Source: Oscillospiraceae bacterium (GTDB lineage Bacteria; Bacillota; Clostridia; Oscillospirales; QAMX01). Taken from it: a stretch of DNA of 64,000 nucleotides. Below the pieces are notes generated by a model. The model saw only the letters and a list, made by a program, of their open reading frames with translations. It had not been told where the DNA came from and did not search any database. The stretch's first letter is position 1. Each line of letters opens with the position of its first letter. The stretch covers positions 46,955 to 110,954 of the forward strand of contig SVLW01000002.1 in assembly GCA_015067705.1 (NCBI GenBank), in the 5' to 3' direction. This document shows positions 22,562 through 32,988 of this stretch, piece by piece. The translations under genes were made by a program, and so were the position numbers.

Positions 22562-22672
22562 AAATCGGCGCGACTTCTGCCCCAAACTGGACTTTCCCCG
22601 GAATCTGCGATATAATAAATTATCTATGCGGGTATTCCCACATAAGTATTTGCAGATTGCGGGGATTTTTTT

Positions 22673-23815
22673 ATGAACCGACCCACCTATCACTTTTCGG
22701 CTCCCGGCCGCACGGAAATCGGCGGCAATCATACCGATCACCAGCATGGCTGTGTGCTGGCGGGCGCCGTGAATCTGGAAACCACCGCTCAGGTGCGCTT
22801 GAACGGCACCGACCTGATCCGCGTGGCGTCTGAGAGCTATCCCGCAGTGGAGATCGCGCTTTCCGATCTTGCGATCCATGAGGACGAGCGGAACACCACC
22901 GCCGCTCTGGTGCGCGGCGTGGCCGCCGCCTTTGCCGCCCGCGGTGCGAAGCTTACGGGCTTTGACGCCCAGGTGCAGTCCACCGTCCTGCCCGGCAGCG
23001 GACTCAGTTCCTCCGCCGCCTTTGAGGTGCTCATCGGCACCATCTGTAACGAACTCTTTTTGGATGCGGACGAACGGCTCTCCCCCGTGGAGATCGCCCG
23101 GATCGGCCAGTGGGCCGAGAATCAGTATTTTGGCAAGCCCTGCGGCCTGATGGATCAGACTGCCTCCGCTGTGGGCGGCATGGTGTTCATTGACTTTGCC
23201 GATCCCGCCGCGCCCGTGGTGCGCCGCATCGATTTTGACTTTGCCGCCGCCGGTCATGCCCTCTGCATCATCGATACCGGCGCGGATCACGCCGACCTGA
23301 CGGACGAATACGCCGCTATCCCCGGCGAACTGAAGGCGCTCTGCCGCCTGATGGGCCGGGAATATCTGCGGGAGATCCCGGAGGACGCATTTTACGCCGC
23401 GCTCCCGCGTCTGCGGGGACAGGTGCCGGATCGCGCGATTCTGCGCGCCATCCATTTCTATCAGGAGAATGCCCGGGTCATGGCCCAGGCCGAGGCCCTG
23501 GAACAGAACGACTTCCCGCGCTTCCTGGAGCTGGTCTCCGCCTCCGGCCGCAGCTCCTTCATGTACTTACAGAATATCACTCCCGCCGGTGCCGTGGCGC
23601 ATCAGGACGTGGCTCTGACCCTGGCACTTTGTGATACGCTGCTGGGCCGACGCGGCGCTTTCCGCGTCCATGGCGGTGGTTTCGCCGGCACGGTGCAGGC
23701 CTTTGTGCCTATGGATCTCCTGGATTCCTTCCGGGACGGCATCGAGGCGGTTCTCGGCCAGGGTGCCTGTCATGTGCTGTCCATCCGCCCCGAGGGCGGC
23801 ATCCGGGTAAAGTGA
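22673..23815 (+). CDS. galK: Galactokinase
   Basis: 380 aa. APGRTEIGGNHTDHQHG and the GHMP motif PGSGLSSSAAFEV. Confidence 0.93.
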   Translation: MNRPTYHFSAPGRTEIGGNHTDHQHGCVLAGAVNLETTAQVRLNGTDLIRVASESYPAVEIALSDLAIHEDERNTTAALVRGVAAAFAARGAKLTGFDAQVQSTVLPGSGLSSSAAFEVLIGTICNELFLDADERLSPVEIARIGQWAENQYFGKPCGLMDQTASAVGGMVFIDFADPAAPVVRRIDFDFAAAGHALCIIDTGADHADLTDEYAAIPGELKALCRLMGREYLREIPEDAFYAALPRLRGQVPDRAILRAIHFYQENARVMAQAEALEQNDFPRFLELVSASGRSSFMYLQNITPAGAVAHQDVALTLALCDTLLGRRGAFRVHGGGFAGTVQAFVPMDLLDSFRDGIEAVLGQGACHVLSIRPEGGIRVK

Positions 23816-23824
23816 GGGAAAAGA

Positions 23825-25306
23825 ATGGATCGAAATACATACATTGCCGCCCTGGTGCGCTATGGCGTCACCACCGGCCTGATCGAACCCTGCGACACGG
23901 TTTACACCACCAATGCCCTGCTGGAGATTCTGCGGCTGGATGCCTTTGAACCCGCGGATGCGACGGATCTTCCTCTGGAAGAAATTCTTGGCGCGCTTCT
24001 GGACGACGCGGTTGCCCGCGGTATCTGTGCAGATGATATCGTCAGCCGTGATCTCTTCGACACCCGCCTCATGGGCGCGCTGACGCCGCCGCCCCGGGAG
24101 GTGCGGGCGAAATTCGCCGCCCTCTATGCAGAGGATCCCCGCCGCGCTACCGACTGGTATTACGAATTTTCCCAGAACACCGACTATATCCGCCGCTATC
24201 GCATTGCGAAAGATCTGCGCTGGCAGACGGCCACGGAGTACGGCGATCTCGATATCACCATCAATCTCTCAAAGCCCGAAAAGGATCCCCGGGCCATCGC
24301 CGCCGCCAAGGCCGCGCCCCAGTCCGGCTATCCCAAGTGTATGCTCTGCCCGGAAAACGAGGGCTATGCGGGCCGCATGAACCATCCCGCCCGCCAGAAC
24401 CACCGCATCATCCCCATCACCATTGCGGAGAGCGACTGGTATCTCCAATATAGTCCCTATGTCTATTATCCGGAGCACTGCATCGTCTTTAATTCCCGGC
24501 ATACCCCCATGGTCATCGACCGCTCCGCTCTGCGGAAACTGCTGGACTTTGTGACGCTGTTCCCGCACTATTTCGTGGGCTCCAATGCCGATCTCCCCAT
24601 CGTGGGCGGCAGTATTTTGAGTCATGAGCATTTCCAGGGCGGCCATTATACCTTCCCCATGGAGCGGGCGCCTATTGAGCAGGAACTGCGTTTCCCGGGC
24701 TATGAGGAGATCACCGCCGGCATTGTCCGCTGGCCCATGAGCGTGATCCGCCTCCGCGCCGCCGACCCCGACCGTCTGGTGGAGCTGGCCGACCGGATCC
24801 TTCAGAAATGGCGCGGCTATACCGACGAGGACGCCTTTATCTTCGCCCACACCGACGCGCCCCATAACACCATCACGCCCATTGCCCGCCGCCGGGGCGA
24901 CGAGTATGAATTCGACCTGGTGCTGCGCAATAACATCACCACCGAGGAGCATCCTCTGGGCGTGTATCATCCCCATGCGGAGCTTCATCACATCAAGAAG
25001 GAAAACATCGGCCTCATCGAGGTCATGGGCCTGGCCGTCCTGCCCGCCCGATTAAAGGGCGAGCTGGCGGCTTTGGAGACTGCGATTTTAGAGAATCAGC
25101 CGCTCACCGGCGAGTTGGAAAAGCACGCTCCCTGGGTGGCAAAAATGCGCGAAGCATACGACTTTACCCCGGAAAATATCACCGAAATCCTGCAGGAAGA
25201 AGTGGGCGGGATCTTTGCCCGCGTGCTGGAGCACGCCGGCGTATACGCAAGAACGGAGGCAGGGCGCGCGGCGTTCCTGCGCTTTACAGAGGAGGTTTCC
25301 CAATGA
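23825..25306 (+). CDS. galT: UDP-glucose--hexose-1-phosphate uridylyltransferase (type 2 GalT)
   Basis: 493 aa, the Firmicutes long GalT form. Contains GGSILSHEHFQGG and sits between galK and galE. Confidence 0.9.
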   Translation: MDRNTYIAALVRYGVTTGLIEPCDTVYTTNALLEILRLDAFEPADATDLPLEEILGALLDDAVARGICADDIVSRDLFDTRLMGALTPPPREVRAKFAALYAEDPRRATDWYYEFSQNTDYIRRYRIAKDLRWQTATEYGDLDITINLSKPEKDPRAIAAAKAAPQSGYPKCMLCPENEGYAGRMNHPARQNHRIIPITIAESDWYLQYSPYVYYPEHCIVFNSRHTPMVIDRSALRKLLDFVTLFPHYFVGSNADLPIVGGSILSHEHFQGGHYTFPMERAPIEQELRFPGYEEITAGIVRWPMSVIRLRAADPDRLVELADRILQKWRGYTDEDAFIFAHTDAPHNTITPIARRRGDEYEFDLVLRNNITTEEHPLGVYHPHAELHHIKKENIGLIEVMGLAVLPARLKGELAALETAILENQPLTGELEKHAPWVAKMREAYDFTPENITEILQEEVGGIFARVLEHAGVYARTEAGRAAFLRFTEEVSQ

Positions 25307-26310
25307 AAGTATTAGTGACCGGCGGCGCCGGTTATATCGGCAGCCATACGGTGGTGGAGCTTCTCCAGGCCGGGCATGAGGCCGTGGTGCTGGATGACCT
25401 GTCCAATGCCCAGGCCGACGTCATCAACCGCATCGAGACCATCACGGGCCGCCGCCCCGCCTTTTATGAAAACGACTGCAAGGATGCGGACGCCCTGCGC
25501 CGGGTGTTCCGCGAGCACGAGATCGACGCCGTGATCCACTTTGCCGCCTATAAGGCCGTGGGCGAGAGCGTCCGCGAACCCCTGAAGTATTACCGCAACA
25601 ACCTGGACAGCGCCATCACCCTGCTGGAAGTGATGGAGGAGGTGGGCTGCCGTAAGCTGGTGTTCTCCTCTTCCGCCACAGTGTACGGCCCGGAGAATGA
25701 GGCGCCCTACCGGGAGGACATGCCTGCCCTCCAGACCTCTAATCCCTACGGCTGGACCAAGGTGATGATCGAGCGCATTCTCAAGGACTATGTCACCGCC
25801 CACCCGGATTTCTGCGCCATCCTGCTGCGCTACTTCAACCCCATCGGCGCCCACGAATCGGGCCTACTCGGCGATGATCCCAACGGCATCCCCAATAACC
25901 TGATGCCCTATATCGGCCGTGTGGCCGCGGGCCAGTTGGAAAAACTCACCATCTTCGGCGACGATTATCCCACGCCCGACGGCACCTGCCAGCGGGACTA
26001 TCTCCACGTGGTGGATCTGGCCGTGGGTCATCTCCGCGCACTGGAATATGCCGCCGATCATGAGGGCGCCGAGGCCATCAATCTGGGCACCGGCCACGGC
26101 GTGTCTGTTCTGGAACTGGTGAATGCCTTCCAGAAGGTGAACGAGCTCACCCTGCCCTATGTCATCGGCCCCCGCCGCGACGGCGATCTGCCCGCCTTCT
26201 GGGCCGATCCCACCAAGGCAAAGGAAGTCCTCGGCTGGGAAGCCACCCACACCCTGGAGGATATGTGCCGCAGCTCCTGGCTCTATGCCAAAAACTGCGC
26301 CCGCAAGTAA
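25303..26310 (+). CDS. galE: UDP-glucose 4-epimerase
   Basis: 335 aa. MKVLVTGGAGYIGSH, the YGWTK catalytic YxxxK, and a 4-nt overlap with galT. Confidence 0.95.
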   Translation: MKVLVTGGAGYIGSHTVVELLQAGHEAVVLDDLSNAQADVINRIETITGRRPAFYENDCKDADALRRVFREHEIDAVIHFAAYKAVGESVREPLKYYRNNLDSAITLLEVMEEVGCRKLVFSSSATVYGPENEAPYREDMPALQTSNPYGWTKVMIERILKDYVTAHPDFCAILLRYFNPIGAHESGLLGDDPNGIPNNLMPYIGRVAAGQLEKLTIFGDDYPTPDGTCQRDYLHVVDLAVGHLRALEYAADHEGAEAINLGTGHGVSVLELVNAFQKVNELTLPYVIGPRRDGDLPAFWADPTKAKEVLGWEATHTLEDMCRSSWLYAKNCARK

Positions 26311-26317
26311 AAAAAGA

Positions 26318-26344
26318 ATCCCCGCCCCACCGGCGGGGATTTTC
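26318..26344 (+). terminator. Rho-independent terminator of the gal operon
   Basis: ATCCCCGCC / GGCGGGGAT stem followed by TTTT. Confidence 0.75.
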
Positions 26345-26362
26345 TGAAAAGAGGAATCGAGT

Positions 26363-27346
26363 ATGGAAAAAGTGCGCGTAGCCGTTTTGGGCCTTGGCAA
26401 TTTCGGACATAGTTGGGCGGATACCATTGTTCCCGCCTGCCGGGAGGCCGAACTGGCGGCGGTGATCGACCGGCATGAGGAACACTGGCAGGGGATTCCG
26501 GCGGATATCCCCCGCTTCCGGGATCTGGCCTCCGCCTGTGCGGCGGTTCATCCCGAACTGGTGGTGAACGTCACCCCGCCGGACCGTCATCACGCCATCA
26601 ATGAAGACCTCCTGCGCCGGGGCATTGCGGTCCTGTGCGAAAAGCCCATCGCCGACACGCTTTCGGCCGCCGACGCCACCGGCGCGGTGCTCGCCGAGAC
26701 GAATGGCTTCCTCATGATCGGCGAGAACTATCGCTACCAACCCATTTTCCGCCGGGCGAAGGAGATCCTTTCCTCCGGGGAACTGGGCAAAATCCACACC
26801 ATGGACTGCCACTTCCGCCACTATCATCCGGATGTGAGCCGCTTTTATCACGGCACGCTGACCCATCCGCTTTTGGATGACGTATCCATCCACCACTTCG
26901 ATCTGGCCCGCTATCTCAGCGGGGAGGAAGCCCGCCGCGTCTGGTGTCAGGAGCACGACGCGCCCTACAGCTGGTACGGCGCGCGCTATGCGGATGCCTG
27001 GCTCATGGCGGAGATGAGCGGCGATGTGCGCTTCCGCTATGACGGCACGCTGGGTTCTCCCGCCACCTCCACCCACTGGAACGGCGAATGGGAGATCGAG
27101 TGCGACCGCGGCGTGCTGCAGATCCGGGGCGAGGATCTGATCCTGCATCTGCCGGGGGATGAGACCCGGCGGGAGCATTTCCCGGATGCCCTGGTGGAAT
27201 CCAGAGTGCTGGAGCTCTCGGAGGCCTGTCTGGCCCTGCGGGAGAATCGCCCCGCCGAGACCGACTATGCCGACAACCGCAAGAGCTTCCTTTTCCTGCA
27301 GCTGGCGCTTCGCGCCGCAGCGGCGGGGACCTGGATCGACGCATAA
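26363..27346 (+). CDS. Gfo/Idh/MocA family oxidoreductase
   Basis: 327 aa. VAVLGLGNFG Rossmann N-terminus and the VLCEKPI motif. Confidence 0.8.
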   Translation: MEKVRVAVLGLGNFGHSWADTIVPACREAELAAVIDRHEEHWQGIPADIPRFRDLASACAAVHPELVVNVTPPDRHHAINEDLLRRGIAVLCEKPIADTLSAADATGAVLAETNGFLMIGENYRYQPIFRRAKEILSSGELGKIHTMDCHFRHYHPDVSRFYHGTLTHPLLDDVSIHHFDLARYLSGEEARRVWCQEHDAPYSWYGARYADAWLMAEMSGDVRFRYDGTLGSPATSTHWNGEWEIECDRGVLQIRGEDLILHLPGDETRREHFPDALVESRVLELSEACLALRENRPAETDYADNRKSFLFLQLALRAAAAGTWIDA

Positions 27347-27403
27347 GCGGACCGCAGAAGACCCGGAAAATATAAGCTTGTTTGGCCGAATCCCGTATGG
27401 GAA

Positions 27404-27437
27404 AGCCGGAATCCCTTGACAGGATTCCGGCTTTTTT
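27404..27437 (+). terminator. Rho-independent terminator (the loop carries the -35 of the next promoter)
   Basis: 11-bp stem AGCCGGAATCC / GGATTCCGGCT, loop CTTGACA, then TTTTTT. Confidence 0.8.
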
Positions 27438-27444
27438 GTATCAT
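27416..27444 (+). promoter_or_regulatory. Sigma-A type promoter of the serine-hydrolase/esterase operon
   Basis: TTGACA (27416-27421, in the terminator loop), 17-nt spacer, TATCAT (27439-27444). Confidence 0.6.
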
Positions 27445-27469
27445 ATGATTAGAATGCTAATGGTTTGCT

Positions 27470-27484
27470 CGCCAAAATTTGGCG
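27470..27484. promoter_or_regulatory. Candidate operator: perfect palindrome CGCCAAA-A-TTTGGCG
   Basis: 7-bp arms read directly. It lies between the putative -10 (27439-27444) and SD/ATG (27511). Confidence 0.4.
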
Positions 27485-27510
27485 GGAAGTACTATGAATG
27501 GAGGGATATC

Positions 27511-28671
27511 ATGTCGACCACCCATGATCTTGACCGGTTGATCCGGGACTTTACAGACGGCGGCCTGCCCGGCTGCGGCCTGATGATCACTCAAAACGGA
27601 AAAACGCTTTACGAGGGCTATTCCGGCTATGCAGATCTGGACGCCAAAACGCCCATCACGGAAAAATCTGTCTACCGCATGGCCTCCATGTCCAAGATTC
27701 CGCTTTACGTCACCATGATGATGCTCTATGAACAGGGCAAATTCCTGATGACCGATCCCATCACCAACTATTTCCCCGAGTGGGCCAATATGAAAAAAGT
27801 GGTTCACCAGGCGAACGGTTATTTCCGCATCGAGCCGGTAGAAAAGCCCATCACCATCCGGGACGTCATGTCCATGAAGTGCGGCCTGCCGTACTGCAAT
27901 TCCGACGCCCCCACGGATAACCGCACCCTGCGTTCCATGCAGGAGGCCATGAAGCCCCTGTGGGAGCGGGGATACTACACCAACCGCGAGCAGATCGAGG
28001 CCATCAGCAAGTCCTATCTGGCCTGTGAACCGGGCACCGAGTGGATCTATGGCTTCTCCAGCGAGCTGGCTGCCGGTATCATCGAAGCGGTCTGCGACAA
28101 GCCCGTGAACGACGTGTTCCGGGAGTTCCTCTTTGATCCCCTGGGTATGGACGACACCCGCGCCATCTTCTTCGGTGATATCGAGGAGCGCATGGTGAAG
28201 CTCTACGCCAAAAAGGCCGACGGCACCATGGTACCCGGCCCCACCTTCTTTGATAAAAAGCACCTGCCGGGTAAAGAAAACGAAGCCGGCTGGGCAAGAC
28301 TTTTCTCCACGGTGCCGGACTTTACGAAGCTCATGACTATGCTGGCCTGCGGCGGCGTCTATGAAGGCCAGCGCATCATGGGCCGCAAGACCATTGACGC
28401 CATGCGGGCAAACGGCCTTGACAAGCTCTTTACCGACACCTATAACGCCGGCTATGGCTATGGTTACGGCGTGCGTACCCTGATGGACAAGGCGGCGGGC
28501 AATCATAACGGTTCCCTGGGCGCCTTTGGCTGGACCGGCGGCTTCGGCACCTGGTGCGAGGCCGATCCCGAGGATCAGGTAGCCATCGTTTATATGCATA
28601 ACATGATGCCGAATATGGAGGCCTATTATCATCTCCGGATGCGTAACGTGGCCTACGGCCTGATTGACTGA
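27511..28671 (+). CDS. Cytoplasmic beta-lactamase-fold serine hydrolase, paralog 1 (family VIII carboxylesterase-like)
   Basis: 386 aa from SD GGAGGG plus ATG 27511. SxxK (SMSK), YGF Tyr motif and C-terminal GWTGG in place of KTG. No signal peptide. Confidence 0.85.
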   Translation: MSTTHDLDRLIRDFTDGGLPGCGLMITQNGKTLYEGYSGYADLDAKTPITEKSVYRMASMSKIPLYVTMMMLYEQGKFLMTDPITNYFPEWANMKKVVHQANGYFRIEPVEKPITIRDVMSMKCGLPYCNSDAPTDNRTLRSMQEAMKPLWERGYYTNREQIEAISKSYLACEPGTEWIYGFSSELAAGIIEAVCDKPVNDVFREFLFDPLGMDDTRAIFFGDIEERMVKLYAKKADGTMVPGPTFFDKKHLPGKENEAGWARLFSTVPDFTKLMTMLACGGVYEGQRIMGRKTIDAMRANGLDKLFTDTYNAGYGYGYGVRTLMDKAAGNHNGSLGAFGWTGGFGTWCEADPEDQVAIVYMHNMMPNMEAYYHLRMRNVAYGLID

Positions 28672-28685
28672 GAAGGAGGGGCACT

Positions 28686-29885
28686 ATGTCTGATTTCAAA
28701 CAACTGGATGCACTGCTGCAGAAGTATGTGGATGACGGCCTGCCCGGCTGCGGCTGCGTCATCGCAAAGCGCGGCGAGATCCTTTACGAAAATTACTTCG
28801 GCTATTCCGATGTGGAGAATAAAGTGGCCCTGAAGCGCGAAAATGTGTTCCGCCAGGCCTCTCTTACCAAGGTCGCCATGTACACCGCCGGTATGATGCT
28901 CTTCGAGCAGGGCAAGTTCTTGATGTCCGACCCGCTTTATGAGTATTTCCCGGAATACCGCGATATGAAAAAGATGGTGGTTCGCCCCGACGGCGAAGTG
29001 GACATCGTCCCCGTGGACAAGCCCCTCACCGTCAAGAACATCTTTAATATGACCACCGGCCATCCCTATGAGATGATCATGGGCTTCATGCCCGTGCGCC
29101 ATCCCACCGCCGAGGCCATGGCAAAGGCCATGAAACCCCTGCGGGAGAAGGGCCACTTCACCCTGCGGGAACAGATCAAGGCCGTCAGCGAAGTTCCCCT
29201 GGCCTTCGAGCCCGGCAGCGCCCACCTCTACGGCTTCGCCAGTGAGCTCACCGCGGGCCTTCTCGAGGTCATTTACGGCAAGCCTGCCGAGTTGGTTCTG
29301 AAAGAAATGCTCTTTGAGCCGCTGGGCATGGAAAGCTCCGCAAACTTCCTCTTCGGCGATCTGGAAGAGCGCCTTGTCAAGAACTATCATCTGGTGCGCG
29401 GCAAAAATCTGGGCGACGAAGGCGCCCTCACCATTGCATCTCCCCAGATGGAGGCTGCCCACGTGGGCAAGCTGGGCGAGGTCTCCGGCTTTGCCCGGGT
29501 GATCACCAATCCCTATGACTATACGAAGCTCATGCAGATGCTGGCAAACGGCGGCGTCTATAATGGCCAGCGCCTGATGGGCCGCAAGACCATCGATCTC
29601 ATGCGCACCAATACGCTCACCGAGGAACAGCTGAAGCGTGATTTCCATAATAACTATCTGGCAGGTTACGGCTATGGTTACGGCGTGCGTACTCTGATGG
29701 ACAAGTATGCCGGACAGCACAATGGTTCCATCGGTGCCTTTGGCTGGACCGGCGGCTCCGGCACCTGGGCCGAGGCCGATCCCAGCGAGGGCGTGTCCAT
29801 CGTTTATATGCATAATCTCCAGCCCAATCTCGAGGAATACCATCACCTGCGTATGCGCAACACCGCATACGGCTGCCTGGAATAA
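28686..29885 (+). CDS. Cytoplasmic beta-lactamase-fold serine hydrolase, paralog 2
   Basis: 399 aa. SLTK, YGF and GWTGG motifs. The N-terminus MSDFKQLDALLQKYVDDGLPGCG parallels paralogs 1 and 3. Confidence 0.85.
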   Translation: MSDFKQLDALLQKYVDDGLPGCGCVIAKRGEILYENYFGYSDVENKVALKRENVFRQASLTKVAMYTAGMMLFEQGKFLMSDPLYEYFPEYRDMKKMVVRPDGEVDIVPVDKPLTVKNIFNMTTGHPYEMIMGFMPVRHPTAEAMAKAMKPLREKGHFTLREQIKAVSEVPLAFEPGSAHLYGFASELTAGLLEVIYGKPAELVLKEMLFEPLGMESSANFLFGDLEERLVKNYHLVRGKNLGDEGALTIASPQMEAAHVGKLGEVSGFARVITNPYDYTKLMQMLANGGVYNGQRLMGRKTIDLMRTNTLTEEQLKRDFHNNYLAGYGYGYGVRTLMDKYAGQHNGSIGAFGWTGGSGTWAEADPSEGVSIVYMHNLQPNLEEYHHLRMRNTAYGCLE

Positions 29886-29897
29886 AAGGAGCGAACG

Positions 29898-31094
29898 ATG
29901 CCGAATTTTGAAAAACTGGATGCCCTGCTGCAGAAATTTGCGGCAGAGACCGTGCCCGGCTGCGCCTGCGCCGTGGCACAGGACGGCAAGATCCTCTATG
30001 AGGGCTATTACGGCTATGCCGACTATGAGAAGAAGATTCCGGTGAAGGCGGAGAATCTCTATCGCCAGGCTTCCATGACGAAGCTGGTCACCTATACGAT
30101 CCTCATGAAGCTCATGGAAGAGGGCAAGGTCAGCATGGACCAGCCTCTTTCCGACTTCTTCCCGGCCTGGGCGAATAAGACCAAGTTCGTCCGGGATGCC
30201 GACGGCACCCTCCGGGAGGAGCCCCTCTCCCGCCCCATCACGGTGCGGGACGCTACCATCATGTCCTGCGGTATGCCCTATTGCTTCGGCCCCGCGCCCG
30301 CCGCTGCCACGAATCCCACGCTGCTTGCCATGAGCCGCGCCATGGAGCCAGTCTGGGCCAAGGGTCACTATAACGTCCAGGACGCCATCGCCGCCATGGC
30401 CCCCGTGCCCGTGGGCTTCGACCCCGGCACCCACTGGCAGTATGGCTTCGGCAGTGAGATCATCGGCGGCGTGGTGGAAAAGATCACCGGTATGCGTCTT
30501 TACCAGGCCATGCGCCACTATATCTTCGAGCCCCTTGGCATGACCGAGACCGACACGCTTTTCACCGATACCATCACCGAGGATCTTCTGGTGCGTGGCT
30601 ATCGCGTGACCGAGGACGGCTTTGCCGTGATGCCCCGGGAGTTTGACCGCTCTCAGTATCCCGGCGAGGAAAACGAGGACGGCAAGCCCTCCCTTATGAC
30701 CAATGTCCGTGACTTCACCAAGATGCTCCAGATGTGGGCCTGCGGCGGCGAGTATAACGGCACCCGCATCATGAAAGAAGAAACCCTGGCCTTCATGCGC
30801 GTGAACCAGCTCTCTGAGACCGCCCTCCACGAATACCAGACGGAAAACAGCGGATATAACGCCGGTTATGGCTATGGCTACGGCGTGCGTACCCTTATGG
30901 ACAAGGAAAAGTGCCCCGGCGCTGCCTGCGGCAACATCGGCGCTTTTGGCTGGACCGGCGGCTTTGGCACCTGGTGCGAGGCCGACCCCGTCAGCCGGAT
31001 TTCCATCGTCTACATGCATAACATGATGCCCAATCAGGAACTTTACCACCACCACGCCGTGCGCGAGGCGGCCTATCTGGCTTTTGCGGAATAA
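29898..31094 (+). CDS. Cytoplasmic beta-lactamase-fold serine hydrolase, paralog 3
   Basis: 398 aa. SMTK, YGF and GWTGG motifs. No signal peptide. Confidence 0.85.
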   Translation: MPNFEKLDALLQKFAAETVPGCACAVAQDGKILYEGYYGYADYEKKIPVKAENLYRQASMTKLVTYTILMKLMEEGKVSMDQPLSDFFPAWANKTKFVRDADGTLREEPLSRPITVRDATIMSCGMPYCFGPAPAAATNPTLLAMSRAMEPVWAKGHYNVQDAIAAMAPVPVGFDPGTHWQYGFGSEIIGGVVEKITGMRLYQAMRHYIFEPLGMTETDTLFTDTITEDLLVRGYRVTEDGFAVMPREFDRSQYPGEENEDGKPSLMTNVRDFTKMLQMWACGGEYNGTRIMKEETLAFMRVNQLSETALHEYQTENSGYNAGYGYGYGVRTLMDKEKCPGAACGNIGAFGWTGGFGTWCEADPVSRISIVYMHNMMPNQELYHHHAVREAAYLAFAE

Positions 31095-32252
<1,158 letters not shown>

Positions 32253-32270
32253 TGAAAAAGGTTCCAGCCA

Positions 32271-32750
32271 TTGGCGGGAACCTTACTGCTTATGATGATG
32301 AGACGATTATTTGCTCTCTGTTTCCTGCTGTTTTGCATGCTGTCGCTTTCTGCCTGTAGCAGTATGGAGCCTTCGCCTTATGAAACCGTGAATGACAATC
32401 CCGATCTCCGGCTGTCCTTTTCACACATCCTTTGGTATCAGCCTGATCAGGCGTATTTCACACTGGAAAATAATGGCACGGATCCCTACTCATTTGGGGA
32501 TTATTACACCATTGAGAAAAAGGTGGGTGGTCGCTGGGTCGTGGTACCCTACAGTAAAAACGGCTCCGCCTGGGTGGATATCTCTCATGTGGTGATGCCG
32601 GGGCGCAGCCGGGAAATTGTCATTTCCCTCTCTGCCCATCACGATCCCCTCTCGCCGGGAACCTATCGTATGGTTAACGAGTTCCGCAATGACGAGACGA
32701 AAGAAGTGTCCGTTTTGGCAGCAGAATTTATCGTCGGGAAAAAGTCCTGA
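32271..32750 (+). CDS. Lipoprotein with Ig-like domain, unknown function (TTG 32271 or ATG 32292)
   Basis: LFALCFLLFCMLSLSAC lipobox. Related in its C-terminal part to the 4884-5696 lipoprotein. Confidence 0.6.
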   Translation: MAGTLLLMMMRRLFALCFLLFCMLSLSACSSMEPSPYETVNDNPDLRLSFSHILWYQPDQAYFTLENNGTDPYSFGDYYTIEKKVGGRWVVVPYSKNGSAWVDISHVVMPGRSREIVISLSAHHDPLSPGTYRMVNEFRNDETKEVSVLAAEFIVGKKS

Positions 32751-32783
32751 AAAAAGCGCCGGTCGCATGACCGGCGCTTTTTT
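32751..32783. terminator. Bidirectional terminator
   Basis: AGCGCCGGTC / GACCGGCGCT stem flanked by AAAAA and TTTTTT. It serves convergent genes. Confidence 0.85.
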
Positions 32784-32787
32784 ACGC

Positions 32788-32949
32788 TCATTCCGCTTCT
32801 GCGAAGTCCTCTTTGCCTACGCCGCAGAGGGGGCAGACAAAGTCTTCGGGAAGGTCTTCAAATGCGGTGCCGGGGGCAATGCCGAGATCGGGATCACCCA
32901 GTGCCTCGTCGTATTCCCAGCCACAGATGGCGCATGCGTATTTTTTCAT
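32788..32949 (-). CDS. Rubredoxin
   Basis: Not in the ORF track (53 aa). My translation is [53 protein letters not shown], with CxxC...CPxC motifs. SD AAGGAGG upstream. Confidence 0.9.
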   Translation of the reverse strand: MKKYACAICGWEYDEALGDPDLGIAPGTAFEDLPEDFVCPLCGVGKEDFAEAE

Positions 32950-32988
32950 GATTTGTTCCTCCTTTTGGGGTTTCTTTCTATCGATGGG

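Noticed and set aside
22562-22672. GalR/LacI-type operator upstream of galK
   Set aside because: Only a short AT palindrome (ATAATAAATTAT) overlaps the -10-like TATAAT. There is no TGNAANCGNTTNCA-type LacI-family site and no regulator gene nearby. This is insufficient evidence.
27511-31094. Beta-lactamase (antibiotic resistance) interpretation of the three SxxK proteins
   Set aside because: None has a signal peptide or lipobox, so none can reach periplasmic or extracellular beta-lactams or peptidoglycan. The KTG box is replaced by WTG, as in family VIII esterases. The operon partner is an esterase. A resistance call is not supported.
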